DNA from: Octopus vulgaris
Lineage: Eukaryota
Length of the DNA stretch: 64,000 bases
Direction: 5' to 3'
NCBI GenBank assembly: GCA_951406725.2
Contig: OX597816.1
Coordinates: 77,190,001-77,254,000 of the forward strand
Shown here: positions 25,001 through 39,400 of the stretch, piece after piece
Numbering within the stretch: the stretch's first letter is position 1
Layout of the letters: the number at the start of each line of letters is the position of its first letter
Made by a program: the position numbers and the translations under genes
The notes under the pieces: model-generated
The model's database searches: none
Told to the model about the DNA's origin: nothing
The model's input: only the letters and a program-made list of their open reading frames with translations

Positions 25001-28000
25001 AATATCTGTAACTATTAATTCAATTTAAACCTAATGTCAGCTAAATAATCTCACAAAAATAAAGGAGCTTATCCCTCAATATTGCCATTAAAACTAATTA
25101 TCTTCCCATCACCCTCTTAAAACAATTCATTTCCCATTACCCTATTTGCTTTTATTGTTCTTTTTATATTACATTATTTTGTTGTTATTTTACATCCATT
25201 TATCCATGTTAGCTTTTTCAAATTTAGATATTTGCATTGTACTAAAAAGTAATCATCATCATCATCATGAAGCAGACATACTTCTCTGACTAGAGATATC
25301 ACAAAATGTGTACAATTAAAACTGAACTCTTGCTCAACACTAGTCAAGCATCTCACATTATCCCATTGTAACAGGAAATAAGTCCAAGAACATTATATCA
25401 CACATATTTGATTGTAAAGAACATAACTCATGATTTTAATGAAGACAATATTTTAGGAAACTAAAATTTAAATTTTCCTTAAATCTCCAAGACATCATTA
25501 AGGATTTATATTCAGCTATAACTGCATTCAGTTGGGACAGGTATCTGTTTATTCCAAGCGAAGCTGACAAGTTTATAAAAAAGTAAGGGATGTGAAACAT
25601 AGAGATTAAAATTTGCAGACAAAACAAACATGAAATAATGAGAGGAGAAAATTAAATGTCACCTTGAATAGAGAACTGCAAAAAGCCACAGAAGCAAAGC
25701 AATAATACTCTGCCAATCGAATATACCCAGTTTCGCAAAGTCTCCTTTTTCATTGGGACATTTCTCTTGTGGATTGCAGACACAATCTATAAAAGAAACA
25801 AATCAAGATGAGCAATAAAATACATGACTTAACAGAAAATATTCAAAGTTATTCCTGAAGCTATTTGAAAAGAGGGAATACAAATAATCCATGGAGGAAT
25901 ACAAACAGTTCATTAATTTGTAGCATGTAATAAAAAGATTCTATTATCTAACCAACAGAATTCAGGTTGAAATATCTAAAAGGAACTATGCAAATCTTAC
26001 ATATATACACACAACTAGTAATGTTAAAACATTTCTTTGCATACATGACATTAACTTTTTGAATTATGAAGGTACTGCTGAAAGATTTTATACTCAAGGA
26101 AGGATACATTGATGTTTCTTTCCTGTTTCAACAGTGCAAGCTAACAAAATACTTGCCAGTTATAGAGTATACTTAGTTGCTTACAAAAGTGAACAGTGTA
26201 CCTCCTCATAATATATTATTTATAGCTAAGTTGGTGAGACCATCTACAGTTAAAGCAGACAGAGAAAATTTCAACTATCAATAGCACTTAATCAGAGTTT
26301 TATAATAAATATTAGTATTTCTTCCCAAATCATGACCAAAACTAAAAATATTGTACAATATACAACTTGCCTTCTTAAGTAGACAAGATATGGCCCAAAT
26401 TTAGTCAATATAAGCAAAACTAGATTTCTTTCTATTTAGGTAGCATCATATTAGCTATTATATGCATCCATTACTAAATTTCTTTATTTTGGTTTCTTAT
26501 AACAAGTCACATGAAAAAATCTTTAATTCTGCAGTAACCTACTCAGCAATACATTATCTTACTAAGGCTAGAATCAAGTAGAATATGATGGAATTGTGTC
26601 TTTAATAATTTAACAAAAGAGCTATCAGTTACAACAGATAAATTATCATCATTTAACATCTGTTTTTCCATACTGGCATTTGTTGGACATTTTGACAAGC
26701 TGGAGAACTGCACCAGGCTCCAGTCATCTGTTCTGGCATGATTTCTATGGCTGGATGCTCTTCTTAATATCAAACACTTTACTGAGTGTACTGGATGCTT
26801 TTTTACATGACAAATTATATTTTACAATATAGTTGTGTACAATCATATTTAACACGTTTGTGCATACTCAGGCATCGACAGACAATACTCTGCACAAATA
26901 GTATCAAGAGATGAAATTCTCCTTATAGACAATATGGGTCTAAAGATATTTTCAAATACTTATATATTAATTTCAAACTAACTGAATACTCACAACCACA
27001 CCGTGAAAGATTAAATAACACACAAAGCCCTTAAATTCACTTTAATGAGGTGTCAGACATTTTGTCACACAACCGCAATCTAGTCATAGACAGTTCTGCT
27101 GCAAGTCTGTTACAGTAGATCTATGTGAGTGAGTTGCATCTCTGAGTTAGTCACTTGCTAGACAAGTACTACCCTGAAATAACTGAATACAGTAATCCCT
27201 TGCCATATCACAGTTCACCTATCGCGCACACAGTACACTGCAAATTTTTCTGACTAATATATGTAAGATTATATCGCAGACTCCTCAGTATATCGTGGGT
27301 TTCTGTGGCCAACAGGTATTTATATCTACTTAGATTTTAATAATTTCTGTGGGAGGTTTCGGAATGTAATACTCGCGATAGTGGAGGGATTGCTGTACTA
27401 TTACTTCCTTAATGTATAAAACAGTATTTAAAAACATTGAACATAGTTTTTTTTTAATGTTTACAGCCAAAATATTAAAAATGAAAACAGTCAGTTTCGA
27501 ATTGGCTAAAGCAGACTTATGTCAGATATATGTATAACATTTAAATGAGAAGGACTATAAGATAGTATAAATAAATATCCACGTCAGTTTCAGCGACTGT
27601 AATTGATAAAATATCTAAGGGAGTTCATTCATTTTTGACGATCAAGAATATATTTCAATGAAAATTTTTCTCCTCCAAATGTATAAAATTACATTACAAA
27701 TACAGAATAAAAACACAGGTTAAATAGTTCAAGTAGAAAAAAAATTACATATAAGTTAAATGTTTATATTTACAAGGAAGTTTTATTAAATGGTTATCTA
27801 CTAGGTGTCATTATTCTATATCCAAAGGCTGGCAGAATTGTTAGAGCATTGGAAAAAAAAGTGCTGTGTAGTATTTCTTTCAATTCATAACCTTCTGAGT
27901 TCAAATTCCATCAAAGTTGACTTTACCTTTCAGAGTCAATAAAATAAATGCCTGAACAATGGAGTTGATATAATTTACTATCCTCCCTCTCCTAAATTTG

Positions 28001-31000
28001 TTGGCCTTGTGTCAAAATTTGAAACCATTATTCAAATATCCAGACTGTACAAGAATGACTTCAATAGCTGAACCTTTCAGGCAAGAAGACAAAAGACGGA
28101 GACATTTGGCACCTGGCCATACTCAAGAAGACCAGTACCCCACAACAGAAGTGTTAAGACTGATCCTTCAGGTGGTGTAAAGCACTCATGGTGGTGCCAT
28201 GTAAAAGCGCCCATTAAATGCACCCAGCACATTCTGTAAAATGGTTGGCATTAGAAAGAGTATACTGATTAAGAAACCATGCCAAATCAGATTGGAGTCT
28301 GGTGCAGCTCCACAGCTTTGGTCACACCATCCAACCCATGCCAGCATGGACAAGTGATGTTAAATGATGATGGGATAGTCACACTGCATCCCTGCATGTC
28401 TCTCAGCCAAGAGACATTAATATATGAAACAACAATGTTACATTGTACATATTTCAATGGTATATAACAGATTTGCCCAAACAAAGCTAACTGTGACTAC
28501 AAAACAACTTCTAACTTGAATAAATTCATAAAAAAATTGGCCACAATTGAGTTAATCAACTTAGTATCTAAAGGTAGTCATTTCATAAATTATAAAGCAA
28601 TGAAAGGGAAAGTCAATATATTCAAAATTTAATTTAGAATATTAAGGGCTAAAAGACCAAATATTCTACCATTTCTGCCACATTAACACTCTAGTAACAA
28701 GAAAGATAGATAGAACCTTTACATGGTTGCTCAGCCAGCTAGAAATAGCAGCAAGCTTCTTTCAAATTGTACACTAGTACAGCCAGCTATCACTCAAAAG
28801 TAAATTTAGCTTGGTATCATGTACCATCATCATCATCATCATCATCATCGTTTAACGTCCGCTTTCCATGCTAGCATGGGTTGGACGGTTCAACTGGGGT
28901 CTGGGAAGCCCGAAGGCTGCACCAGGCCAGTCAGATGTGGCAGTGTTTCTACAGCTGGATGCCCTTCCTAACGCCAACCACTCCGAGAGTGTAGTGGGTG
29001 ATTTTATGTGCCACCGACACAAGTGCCAGACGAGGCTGGCAGACGGCCACACTCGGATGGTGTTTTTTATGTGCCACCGACACAGGTGCCAGACGAGGCT
29101 GGCAGACGGCCACGCTCGGATGGTGTTTTCTTATGTGTCACCGACACAGGTGCCAGACGAGGCTGGCGGACGGCCACGCTCGGATGGTGTTTGTTACGTG
29201 CCCTCAGCACGGAGGCCAGTCATTGCGGTACTGGCTACGGTCACGTTCGGATGGTTTTCTTATGTGCCACCGGCACTGGTACCACAAGGATACAAATTCC
29301 ATTGATGTTCATCTATTTTGATTTGGTTCGATTTGATTTGATACGATTCGATTCTCACTTGCCTCAACAGGTCTTCACAAGTGTCACAAGAAGGAAGGTA
29401 TGCACAGGTGGACTGACTACGTCCCAGGTAGGGGCCACGGATTATGGCTTCACCATAATTTTGCTAATTGTTTTAATTTTATAATCATGAGCCATCTTTT
29501 AAAAAACAGACATGTTAGACACTCCATATATATCTGGAGGGAAATGGATGGTCATAGCCATAATGTCTTTGGTTATATCTTACTTAATCCCTTCACTCCC
29601 TGTGGAACATAGATCACTGACGATTTTTCTCCACTGTTCTCAACACTGTGCTGTTCAGTTTTGAATTGTCGTCCATGCTTCTGTAACTTTGCTTTTTTTC
29701 TAGATAGGGGTGTTGGCCCTACACAAACTCATTTTTATTTCTGGGAAGAGGAGGCTCATATTAATCTAGTATCTATCCATTGTCCTGTCCAGCATGGAAG
29801 GCTGCAACATGAACTGGGCCTTGTTCTTCAGGTTAGATCTAAAATAAACTAGACCTATATAATCAAACTACTAAAAGCTAACAACAATAATCAAAATAAA
29901 TAAATCTGTCTATATTATAGAAGACCACAAATTTGTGGGGAACCAAAATAGTTGGTTGAATGAGTAAATTATGAACAAGAAAACTGAAAGGTAAGTTTAC
30001 CTGGATTGTTGGTCATGGCAGACCAAGTCAAATACATGCAGTAAAACGTGATGACTGATGCCTGAAGGAGACCAGATCTTGGTTGGACTGAAAATAATTG
30101 AGAAAGTATTAGCAATGTAGAATTTTAATGGAAGGTCTTTATCAAGTAATATATATTGTAACGAAAATAGAAACAAAGTGTAACATTTATAGATAAATAC
30201 TTTTTTAAACTTTAATATATAAAGTTAGTGCTCTCCTGAACAGCTTTTAACTAAGCTAGCTGAAACAAACTACAGAATATAGTTATGTACCAAAGCATGA
30301 TTTGAAGCAGAGAGTTGTATATGTGTGAATGAATGACAAGAGTATATTATGAGGGGTTGCTGAAAAATTCTCGGAATTGCAAAAGGGCTGGTTGGAGGCC
30401 CAACCTTTCAAGTTCTTTTACAGGGTTTATAAAAACTGAAGGACCACTGCAATAAGTATGTGAATGTGTGTGGGGAATATGTTGAATAAAATCATAATTA
30501 ACTGATCCTCTTCTATTTGCTTTTACCCAAAGCTAGGAACTTTTCAGCACCCCACCCCCTCATATATGTATGTCTATGTGTTTGTGTGTATACACATGCT
30601 TATGTACACACACAGAGGTATGGCACAAGAAGTTTTCTTCCCAACCATATCATTTCAGACTCAATCTCACTGCATGGCACCTTAGGCAAGTGTCTTCTAC
30701 TATAGCCCCAGACTGACCAAAGCCTGGTGAGTGGATTTCGTAAACAGTGTCCTCTCTTGATATGCACTGGCTATAAATGAATGTCACTATCACACAAGTG
30801 ATATCACCCACTTTTATACAAGGGTTATACAACTTTGCTTCAAAATAGACAAGAGTCGGCAATAGGAAGGACGGAAAAGTGGATATTAAAACAACAATAA
30901 TGATGGTACACAAACATATTCTTTCATTCTTTTAATCATTGAAGTCAATACCAATATTCTAAATTATGAAAATCAGAAGCAAGAGGTATTTCAGAATGCA

Positions 31001-31591
31001 ATCAATCCCACTGCATAACAACTTAGGTATGTAGCTTCTGCTATAGCTCTTTGTTGACCAAACTCTTGAGAAGAAATATGGTAGGTGGAAATAGAAAGAA
31101 GCCCATCGCATAAACATGTTTGTGTGTGTGTATGCACATATGGATGTGTACACAACTGAGTAAATAATCATAATCAGGCCTGAACTATGGCTGTAAATGG
31201 TGACTTCACATTTATAGCTGAGCTGCAACCAGCAGCATATGTTGATATTTCCTGTAAATAAATCATCTGCTAGTTCTGTGCTTTCAAACTCCTCTGGAAT
31301 AAGAATAATCCTTTATTTCAAAAACATGTAAAACTTGACAACATGAAAGCATCCAGTCATTAAAATCTGCCCCATCTAAGCCATGCTAGCAGGGGAAAAC
31401 ATACAAAATTGAGGAATCATTGGAGAGAAGCGTGTACAGAAAAACTTGGCACTTTTGGTTTAAAGACAGTATACCACAGAAGTAAAACTAAGTTCCAGTC
31501 AACTCCAACATTACATTATATATATATTGTTGTTGTTGTACTTTCATGTTTGGATTAACTATATATATATGTGTGTATGTGTATGTGTGTG

Positions 31592-31630
<39 letters not shown>

Positions 31631-33453
31631 AGGAAAAATTTTTTTAAAAATGCAGAATGCTCAAATGAAAGAAAATTTTAATAAAATGAGAAATTGATAA
31701 AATATATAAATATATATTTATTCAACCGGTTTTCGTCATTGTATGACTTGTCAAGAATATTTATGTTTTAAAAAGTTTTTTTGAAAATTCCATGAAGAGT
31801 GAGGTAGAGAAAGGAAGTTTGATCAACGAGGAGTTTGCATATTAAGTTGTGTTTGGAATTTTTCAATAAAGAGATTCTCCTTGTTAATTCTCTCCTGTGT
31901 GGTGATCCCGTCTTTACATTGGTAGAAGGGGAATATATAGAATTTGGGGTTTAAGTCTTTAGCACATGAGTCTAAGTGGTCACTCAGTGGAATTTGTCGG
32001 TATTCCGGGAGATTTATTTGTTCTTTATGCACCGTTACTCGTTTACGTAACGGGAGACTCATTTGTCCAACATAATTATGTTGGCAACCAGCGCATGTGA
32101 GAACGTAGATAAGGTTCTCGGAGGAACAGGAGAAGTTAGTCTTGATTTTAAACTTCGTACCTTGTTTGAAGGTAAATTCAGAGCCTTCAAGTAGAAAGGG
32201 GCAGGTACCACAGTTTGAGCGTGCACATTTTTTTACTGTTGGGGGTGGATGTGGTGTGTGAAGTTTGGCATTTGTCAAGAGTTTTTTTAAAGATTTGTGT
32301 TGCCTTTTGCATTTGAGGATTTTGTGTGTATTTATAATGTTTTTCATTTTTGGGTCTGTTGACAGTAGACTGAGGTTTTGTATGATTGTGGTGTATGCTT
32401 CGATATTTTTGGGGTTGTGGGTGGAAATGTATGGAAGTATTTTGAGGTTGTGTGTGGTGTTAGGTTGGGTGGTTTTCAGTGTAGTGTTGTCTAGTTCTTT
32501 GGCGCGTTTTATTCCATACTCTATAAGGGTGGAGGGATATTGACGTTGTAATAGTGTTTTTTTGAGGTCTTGAAGGCGTATTTCTCGTGTTTTTGGATCC
32601 GAGACAATGGTGCATACCCTTTTAGCTAAATTGAAAGGGATATTTGTCTTGGTGTGTTTTGGGTGGCATGAACTAAAGAGGAGGTATTGTTGTGAGTCTG
32701 TAGGTTTGTGGTAGATGTCTGTTATGATTTCGTTCTTAGGTGTTTTTATAATTAGGAGATCAAGGAATGGGAGATGATGTTTGCTTAATTCCATAGTGAA
32801 TTGGATGTTGGGATGTATGTTGTTTAGTATGCCCCTTTCTACTTGAAGGCTCTGAATTTACCTTCAAACAAGGTACGAAGTTTAAAATCAAGACTAACTT
32901 CTCCTGTTCCTCCGAGAACCTTATCTACGTTCTCACATGCGCTGGTTGCCAACATAATTATGTTGGACAAACGAGTCTCCCGTTACGTAAACGAGTAACG
33001 GTGCATAAAGAACAAATAAATCTCCCGGAATACCAACAAATTCCACTGAGTGACCACTTAGACTCATGTGCTAAAGACTTAAACCCCAAATTCTATATAT
33101 TCCCCTTCTACCAATGTAAAGACGGGATCACCACACAGGAGAGAATTAACAAGGAGAATCTCTTTATTGAAAAATTCCAAACACAACTTAATATGCAAAC
33201 TCCTCGTTGATCAAACTTCCTTTCTCTACCTCACTCTTCATGGAATTTTCAAAAAAACTTTTTAAAACATAAATATTCTTGACAAGTCATACAATGACGA
33301 AAACCGGTTGAATAAATATATATTTATATATTTTATCAATTTCTCATTTTATTAAAATTTTCTTTCATTTGAGCATTCTGCATTTTTAAAAAAATTTTTC
33401 CTTACTTATCATTTCTCCACGTGCGGTCAACACAACCCCACCATTTATTGATC

Positions 33454-33490
<37 letters not shown>

Positions 33491-36400
33491 ATGTGTGTGT
33501 ATATATACACATATACATATACACAGATTGCAACAAATGGCAAGATACTCCATTGGAATAGATCCATCCAACCCATACAGTATGGAAAATCCAGATACAA
33601 AATGAAGATTATACTACATGCACTAGTAGCAAGTACCCAGTATTACCTAGATTCATAAATTACATAAGAAATATTTTAATCTCTCACCACCTGAAATCTA
33701 ATCCAATAAGAGCTGTATAGTGTGTTAAGAAATATTTCACAAAAAACTGAATGTTGAAAAAGCAAACTGATAAAAAAATAAACAGTAAAAATCAAGAAAT
33801 TGAGATGATGAACAGGTGAAAAGATTATTAAAAATATGAATATCACAGTCATCATCATCATCATCACTAATATTTTACATTTGTTTCATCTTATTGTATG
33901 GATTGGGCAGTATATCAAAAATAAATACGAGTGCATCTAATTCTGCCAGTCCATATGAAGTATGGAAATTGATATTAAAAATAGATAAAATATGAAATAT
34001 GATAACTAAAACAGATAAAATACGAAATATTATATTTCATAAAATAGATAAAATATGTTTCACTGTGTAATACAATCGATGTCTTAACTCAGCTTAGTTG
34101 TTTTCAGTTGTACTTACACACACAGACAGTTTCAAATGTAGAGCCACATTTAAAATACTTAGATTAAGACAAGCTATTTTAAATGCTTGGTGTCAAGATA
34201 CATTCAGAAACAAAATTTCAGCTATGGATGTTCAACTAGTGGAAACAAGACATAGATAGATGCTATTTCATTTCTAAGATAAAATAAGTTTTTTAATTCC
34301 ATCAGAATTTTTCTTTTATCCTTCTGTTTATCTATGAGAATCTTATTGAATCATCAATTGATACATAAGCAGTCTGATTGATAACAGAATAGCACTGAAT
34401 CTGACAAGATCCAACTAGAATAAAATTACAAAACTTCATATCTTCTATATTCAGATTTAACTCAAATATTCTCTGGTTCATTTTATGCCTGTTATTCTGT
34501 GCTAGCATGGGTTACATGAATGTTATAGAAGCACTATTTCATAGGCAGATGCCCTTCCTGATGCTAACGTTTACTTGTTTTTCCAGCATGGGGATCTCTT
34601 ATTCCAGACAGCTTCAAAAGCACAAAGCAGGCTGGCAATCCATTACAAAAGGAGAAATGCCAAGAGAACACCACACATGTTGTGATTTTTTTTAATAAGT
34701 GAGTGGCAAATATAAACAAACATACACACACAAAAGGCTACAATAGAAAGCATGTGCCACAAATTGGACAAGTGTTTTCCACCATAGACTCAGGTGAGTG
34801 AAATAAAGTAAACAGAAACTGTGTAGAAGATCATCAGTTGGACTGAAGTATCTCATCATTCATCATCCATAATCTAAATGGTACCTGTAACTCAAAGAAC
34901 CAGGTTTGTCACATACTGTGCTATGTAGATTCTTCCTAAGGAGTAGAAACAATGTACAAATGTCCGAGGGATACTCAGCCACACACACACACAATATTTT
35001 AATGTGTTGGCAGTACTAACCATTGAAACTTGAATATACATATGTACATTGAAGTATATATTTAGCATGAGCATTCCAGTTTTAAAATAGGTACAGCATA
35101 TACATGCATGTCATAAGAGGTACCTAATAGGGTTGACAACATGTAGGGCATCCACTGCCTCAAAAAAACCCTCCAACCCAGTGGGCATTACATGATGATG
35201 ATAAATATTTGAGTGTGCGTGTCTGTAAAAAAGTATTCAACCATGAATTCCCCTAATTAATTTAGAATGTCCTCCCCATGTATGACAGACCACAGACACT
35301 TGGTAGCATCAACCAGTATATTAATGTTTTTTTTTTAAATACATATTGCAATTCTTATCAATTCTCCTTCATATCAACTTCTTAGATTAGCTTCAATTAC
35401 TCATATAGCTTGAAGTAGCAGCTCTAAGTTTCTTCTGCAACCTCAAACAGTAGCTCTCGACTATCCTTGTTTTATATTATTCATACAATCCACTATCTGA
35501 TTAAGTTGTCCCAATTTGTTTTTCTCATTTGTTGATATTCATTTTGTATCACAACTGAAGATTCTTCAATCTCAGCTGTGACACAAAGCAAATTATCAAC
35601 AAGAGAAAACAAATCAGGGCAATTTAAAAGCACAATACAATTACTGGCATATACAGCTGGATGAAGAGAATTCTAAACTGGGTACAATGAATACTGTTTT
35701 AATTTCATTAACAGCAAAGACAAAGATCTCCATTATGAAACTGTTCAGGTATGTTTTGTTTTATAATGAAAAATGTGATGATCCTTAGTTCCACATGAAT
35801 TTTAATATGTGAGTTAACTTGATTTTAACACAGATGATGATGATGATGACAACGAAGGTAAAAAAGATGAAGAGACCAACCTTCTTGCACTTTTGGTAAG
35901 ACAGAAATAATGGACACAATAATGCAAAGAATCAAATTGAAGCTGATAAAGAATTTATGAGCAACACATTCTGAATCCTGGAGGGAGAAACAAAAACACA
36001 AACATTATTTTACTAATAAAACCAAAAAGATAAAATGTAATAGTTCAGAGTATATCAATAGTAATACTTTTTCATATTTAAAAGAAAATGGTCAAGAAAA
36101 CCTTTATTTCATAGTGTAACTTGATAGAAGCACTTCAAGACTTAGTGAGTCGAGCCCCAAAATGCTACTGAATTCCTTTTGAGTTACACTGTTTGTAAAT
36201 TTAAGTTTACCCAACTGTTAAGATCATCATTTGTTTTTAGCCTTTAAACTGGTCCAAATTCAAGAAGATTGTTTCCAAAATACTTTACATATACTTACTG
36301 ATTAGAGAAAAGACAGTACACATGGACCCAGAAGAGTGTCAAACTAGAGAAACCATCCCAAAAATGGAACATACAAGACACAACTACACATGGTCCCAAC

Positions 36401-39400
36401 ACATCTAAGAGGGTAGAATTTCTAAATAAATTACTTGAATCATAACCCACACCAGCATAAAAGTAATGATGACAATATAAGACATATGTGCATGTATGTG
36501 TGTGCGTATATAGCATGACCTTCGAACATTGGGCCTTACCAAGGCAATGACTAGTGACTGGGACCTTTGGAGATATGCTGTGCTTGAGAAGACCCAACAA
36601 GCCAAGTGAGACCATAGCCCATTTATGAATACTCCTCATTCAATGGACAATAAATCTTGCTTGTGAAGACCTATTGAGGTAAGTGAAATCAAAATCGCTG
36701 ACGTGGCCCATGATAGTACCGCCTGATTGGCACTCATGCCAGTGGAACATTAGAAGCACATCCGAACATGGGATGTAACCAGCCCACTTATGAGTACCCC
36801 TCATTAATTGGACAATGAACTTTGCTTGCAAAGACCTATTGAGGCAAGTGTAAACAAATCAAAATCACTGACGTGGTCAATGATAGTACCGCCTGATTGG
36901 CACTCTTGCCAGTGGAACGTTAAAAGCACATCCAAGCATGATCATTGCTAGGGCCATGGATTGGCTCCTGTGCCGGTTACATGTGAAAAGCACCATTTGA
37001 GCGTGATCATTGCCAGCATTGCTTTACCGGGACAGGTGCTGGTGGCATGTGAAAAACAACATTCAAGCGTGGTTGTTGCCAGTGCTGCCGGACTGGCTCC
37101 TATGCAGGTAGCACATGAAAACACCTTTTGAGTGTGGTCGTTGCCAGAACCACTGACTGGCCCTCGTGCTACTGGCACGTAAAAGCACCTACTACATTCT
37201 TGGCATTAGGAAGGGCATCCAGCTGTAGAAACTTTGCCAGATCAGATTGAACCTGGTGCAGCCTCTGGCTCACCAGTCTTCAGTCAAACTGTCCAACCCA
37301 TACCAGCATGGAAAGCGGATGTAAAACGATGATGATGACATAAACACTGCATCAACCAGTCTACTGAGTGTTGTTATCCACAACTGGTCACAATGTGTTT
37401 CCTCAAATTGTCATAGCTTTCAAATGATGTCACCCCACTGGCTTGGCAAACAGGCACACTATATATATCTAAATAAATAAATAAATATATATATATATAT
37501 ATATCATCATATATAATATTACCTAAAAAGCTATAACTGATGGGTCAAGAGTTTCATCCAAATTCATTTAACAAACTGAATAAAATGAAGACATCAAAGT
37601 TATACACACCAAAAAAAGAAATTCAAATATTCTGGATCCATCTCAAAAATACCATTTCAGTCATATAACTAACTGAGCTGTCCTCAGTAGGATTTGAACT
37701 CACAGTAATGAGAGTCAGAACAAATATCATAAGGCATTCTACCCACCACTCTAAAGATTCTTCCAATTCACTAATTGACCAAATCATTATCAACTAATTA
37801 ACTGAATCATTGTTGCACCATATCAACTAATTAACAGAATCATTATCAACCAATTAATTGAATCATTGTTGCACTATATCAACTAATTAACTGAATTGTT
37901 AAAGTGAACTCATTTCACTAACTATAGATCAATCTGTGCTATTTTCCTTTTTATAAATTTCATATAAAATAATTTACTGACCGCAGCATAGAAGATGTAG
38001 AAGAGTACCACAGCCGCAAGGGAGAGTACGTAAAAGAGTGCAGTAAAGAACAACAATCCTGTAATAAAGACAGAGGAAAACATGAGAAACAGTATATAGT
38101 AATGTACTGTGATTAAATATGAATCAATTAAGAAATTTACAGTAGATCATTAAAACATATACTGGCATTTCAGTCAATTACTTTTAAATCTTAAGACAAG
38201 AATGCTGGTTAGCTTAAAAGGAAAAATTCTAAAAGGAAACTGAATTTGATAAATTACAAATAATTAACAATAGATGTGATGGTGATAATGATAATAATGA
38301 CAACAACAGTAATAATGGTTTCAAATTTTGGCACAAGGCCAGCAGTTTTATGGGGAGGGTATTAGTTAATCCCATCAACCCCAGTACTTGACTGGTACTT
38401 TATTTTATAAACCCAATTTGATTAAAATAAAAAAGCAATGTTGATCACAGTAGTGTCTGAACTCAGAACATAAAGAGCCAGAGGAAATAAAACAAAATAT
38501 TTTTCTTGACACTAACAGTTCTAGCAATCAACCAAGAGATTTCTAATAAATAAAAATCAGCTTAATTAAAAAAGTGATTATCTTTTCTCAAGATTTCACA
38601 TATTTGTTAATCCAGCCAGTAAACAATTTTGTGATTCTTCTTTGCGCTACTTTGGCAAATAAAGTAATGTCTATGCTGTGCTGATGAGGTCATAATAACA
38701 CTGAATCATGTCCAAAGTTCTACCAAAACAAAATAGCCACCATTTATTATTGTTTTCCCTGCATCACTGCATATTTATTTTGAGTTAGCTTTTCAATGCC
38801 CCATACATTAAATATGTTAATATTACTGTTTCATGAATATATTTCTGAGATCATGAAATTTTAGAGTTATTTTTTTTGGTTTTTTTAGGGAGGTCATATC
38901 ACTACCATTACCATCACCCAGTAAAAGATTTTATTTTGGAAACTCCACAGCAAGGTATCTATCTCTGTCCCTCTATACCTTTAATCTCTCATCAGCTGGC
39001 ACAAAGCCACCCCACCTCAATACTGTTCCCCACCTCCCAGCTGAGGGGATTTTGTCTAGTAAGTTACTTGGTGATCTTGTCAGTGCTCATGTCTCGTAAA
39101 AAGCACTGGTACTGGTGTCACATAAGAAGTACTGGTGCTGGTGACACATAAGAGACATCCAATACACTCTGTAAAGTGGGTAGTGTTAGGAAGGGCATCC
39201 AAATATAGAAATCATGCCAAAACAGACAATGGAACCTAGTGTAGCTCCCAGCCAGCTCTTGTCATGCTGTCCAATTCATGCCAGCATGGAAAATGGACAT
39301 TAAATGATGATGATGAAGTGAGACTGAAACTTAAGTTTACTTGGAGAAAAGGTTAGCAAAAAACAAATACATTTGAGAACTAATAATTTAATCCTTTAAC

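Larger units (their letters stand above)
31627..33406 (-). mobile_element. Penelope-like retroelement, 5'-truncated, with inverted duplication of its 3' end
   Basis: ORF 31823..32794: RT palm/thumb ([24 protein letters not shown]) plus GIY-YIG (NLIYVLTC..C...YVGQ). 31627-32203 is the reverse complement of 32830-33406 (577 bp; I saw 2 mismatches). Flanked by (TA)n on both sides. Confidence 0.93.

Noticed and set aside
28868-29484. Repetitive ORFs and regularly spaced repeats resembling a CRISPR array or repeat protein
   Set aside because: Head-to-tail ~63-bp tandem units without unique spacers, inside a retrotransposon 3' UTR in eukaryotic DNA; no cas genes.
33001-33210. Plus-strand 69-aa ORF identical to the end of the 323-aa ORF
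   Set aside because: It is the inverted duplicate arm of the Penelope-like element, not a separate gene.
37782-37895. ~56-bp tandem duplication near the exon 6 donor
   Set aside because: Simple AT-rich local duplication with no evidence of function.
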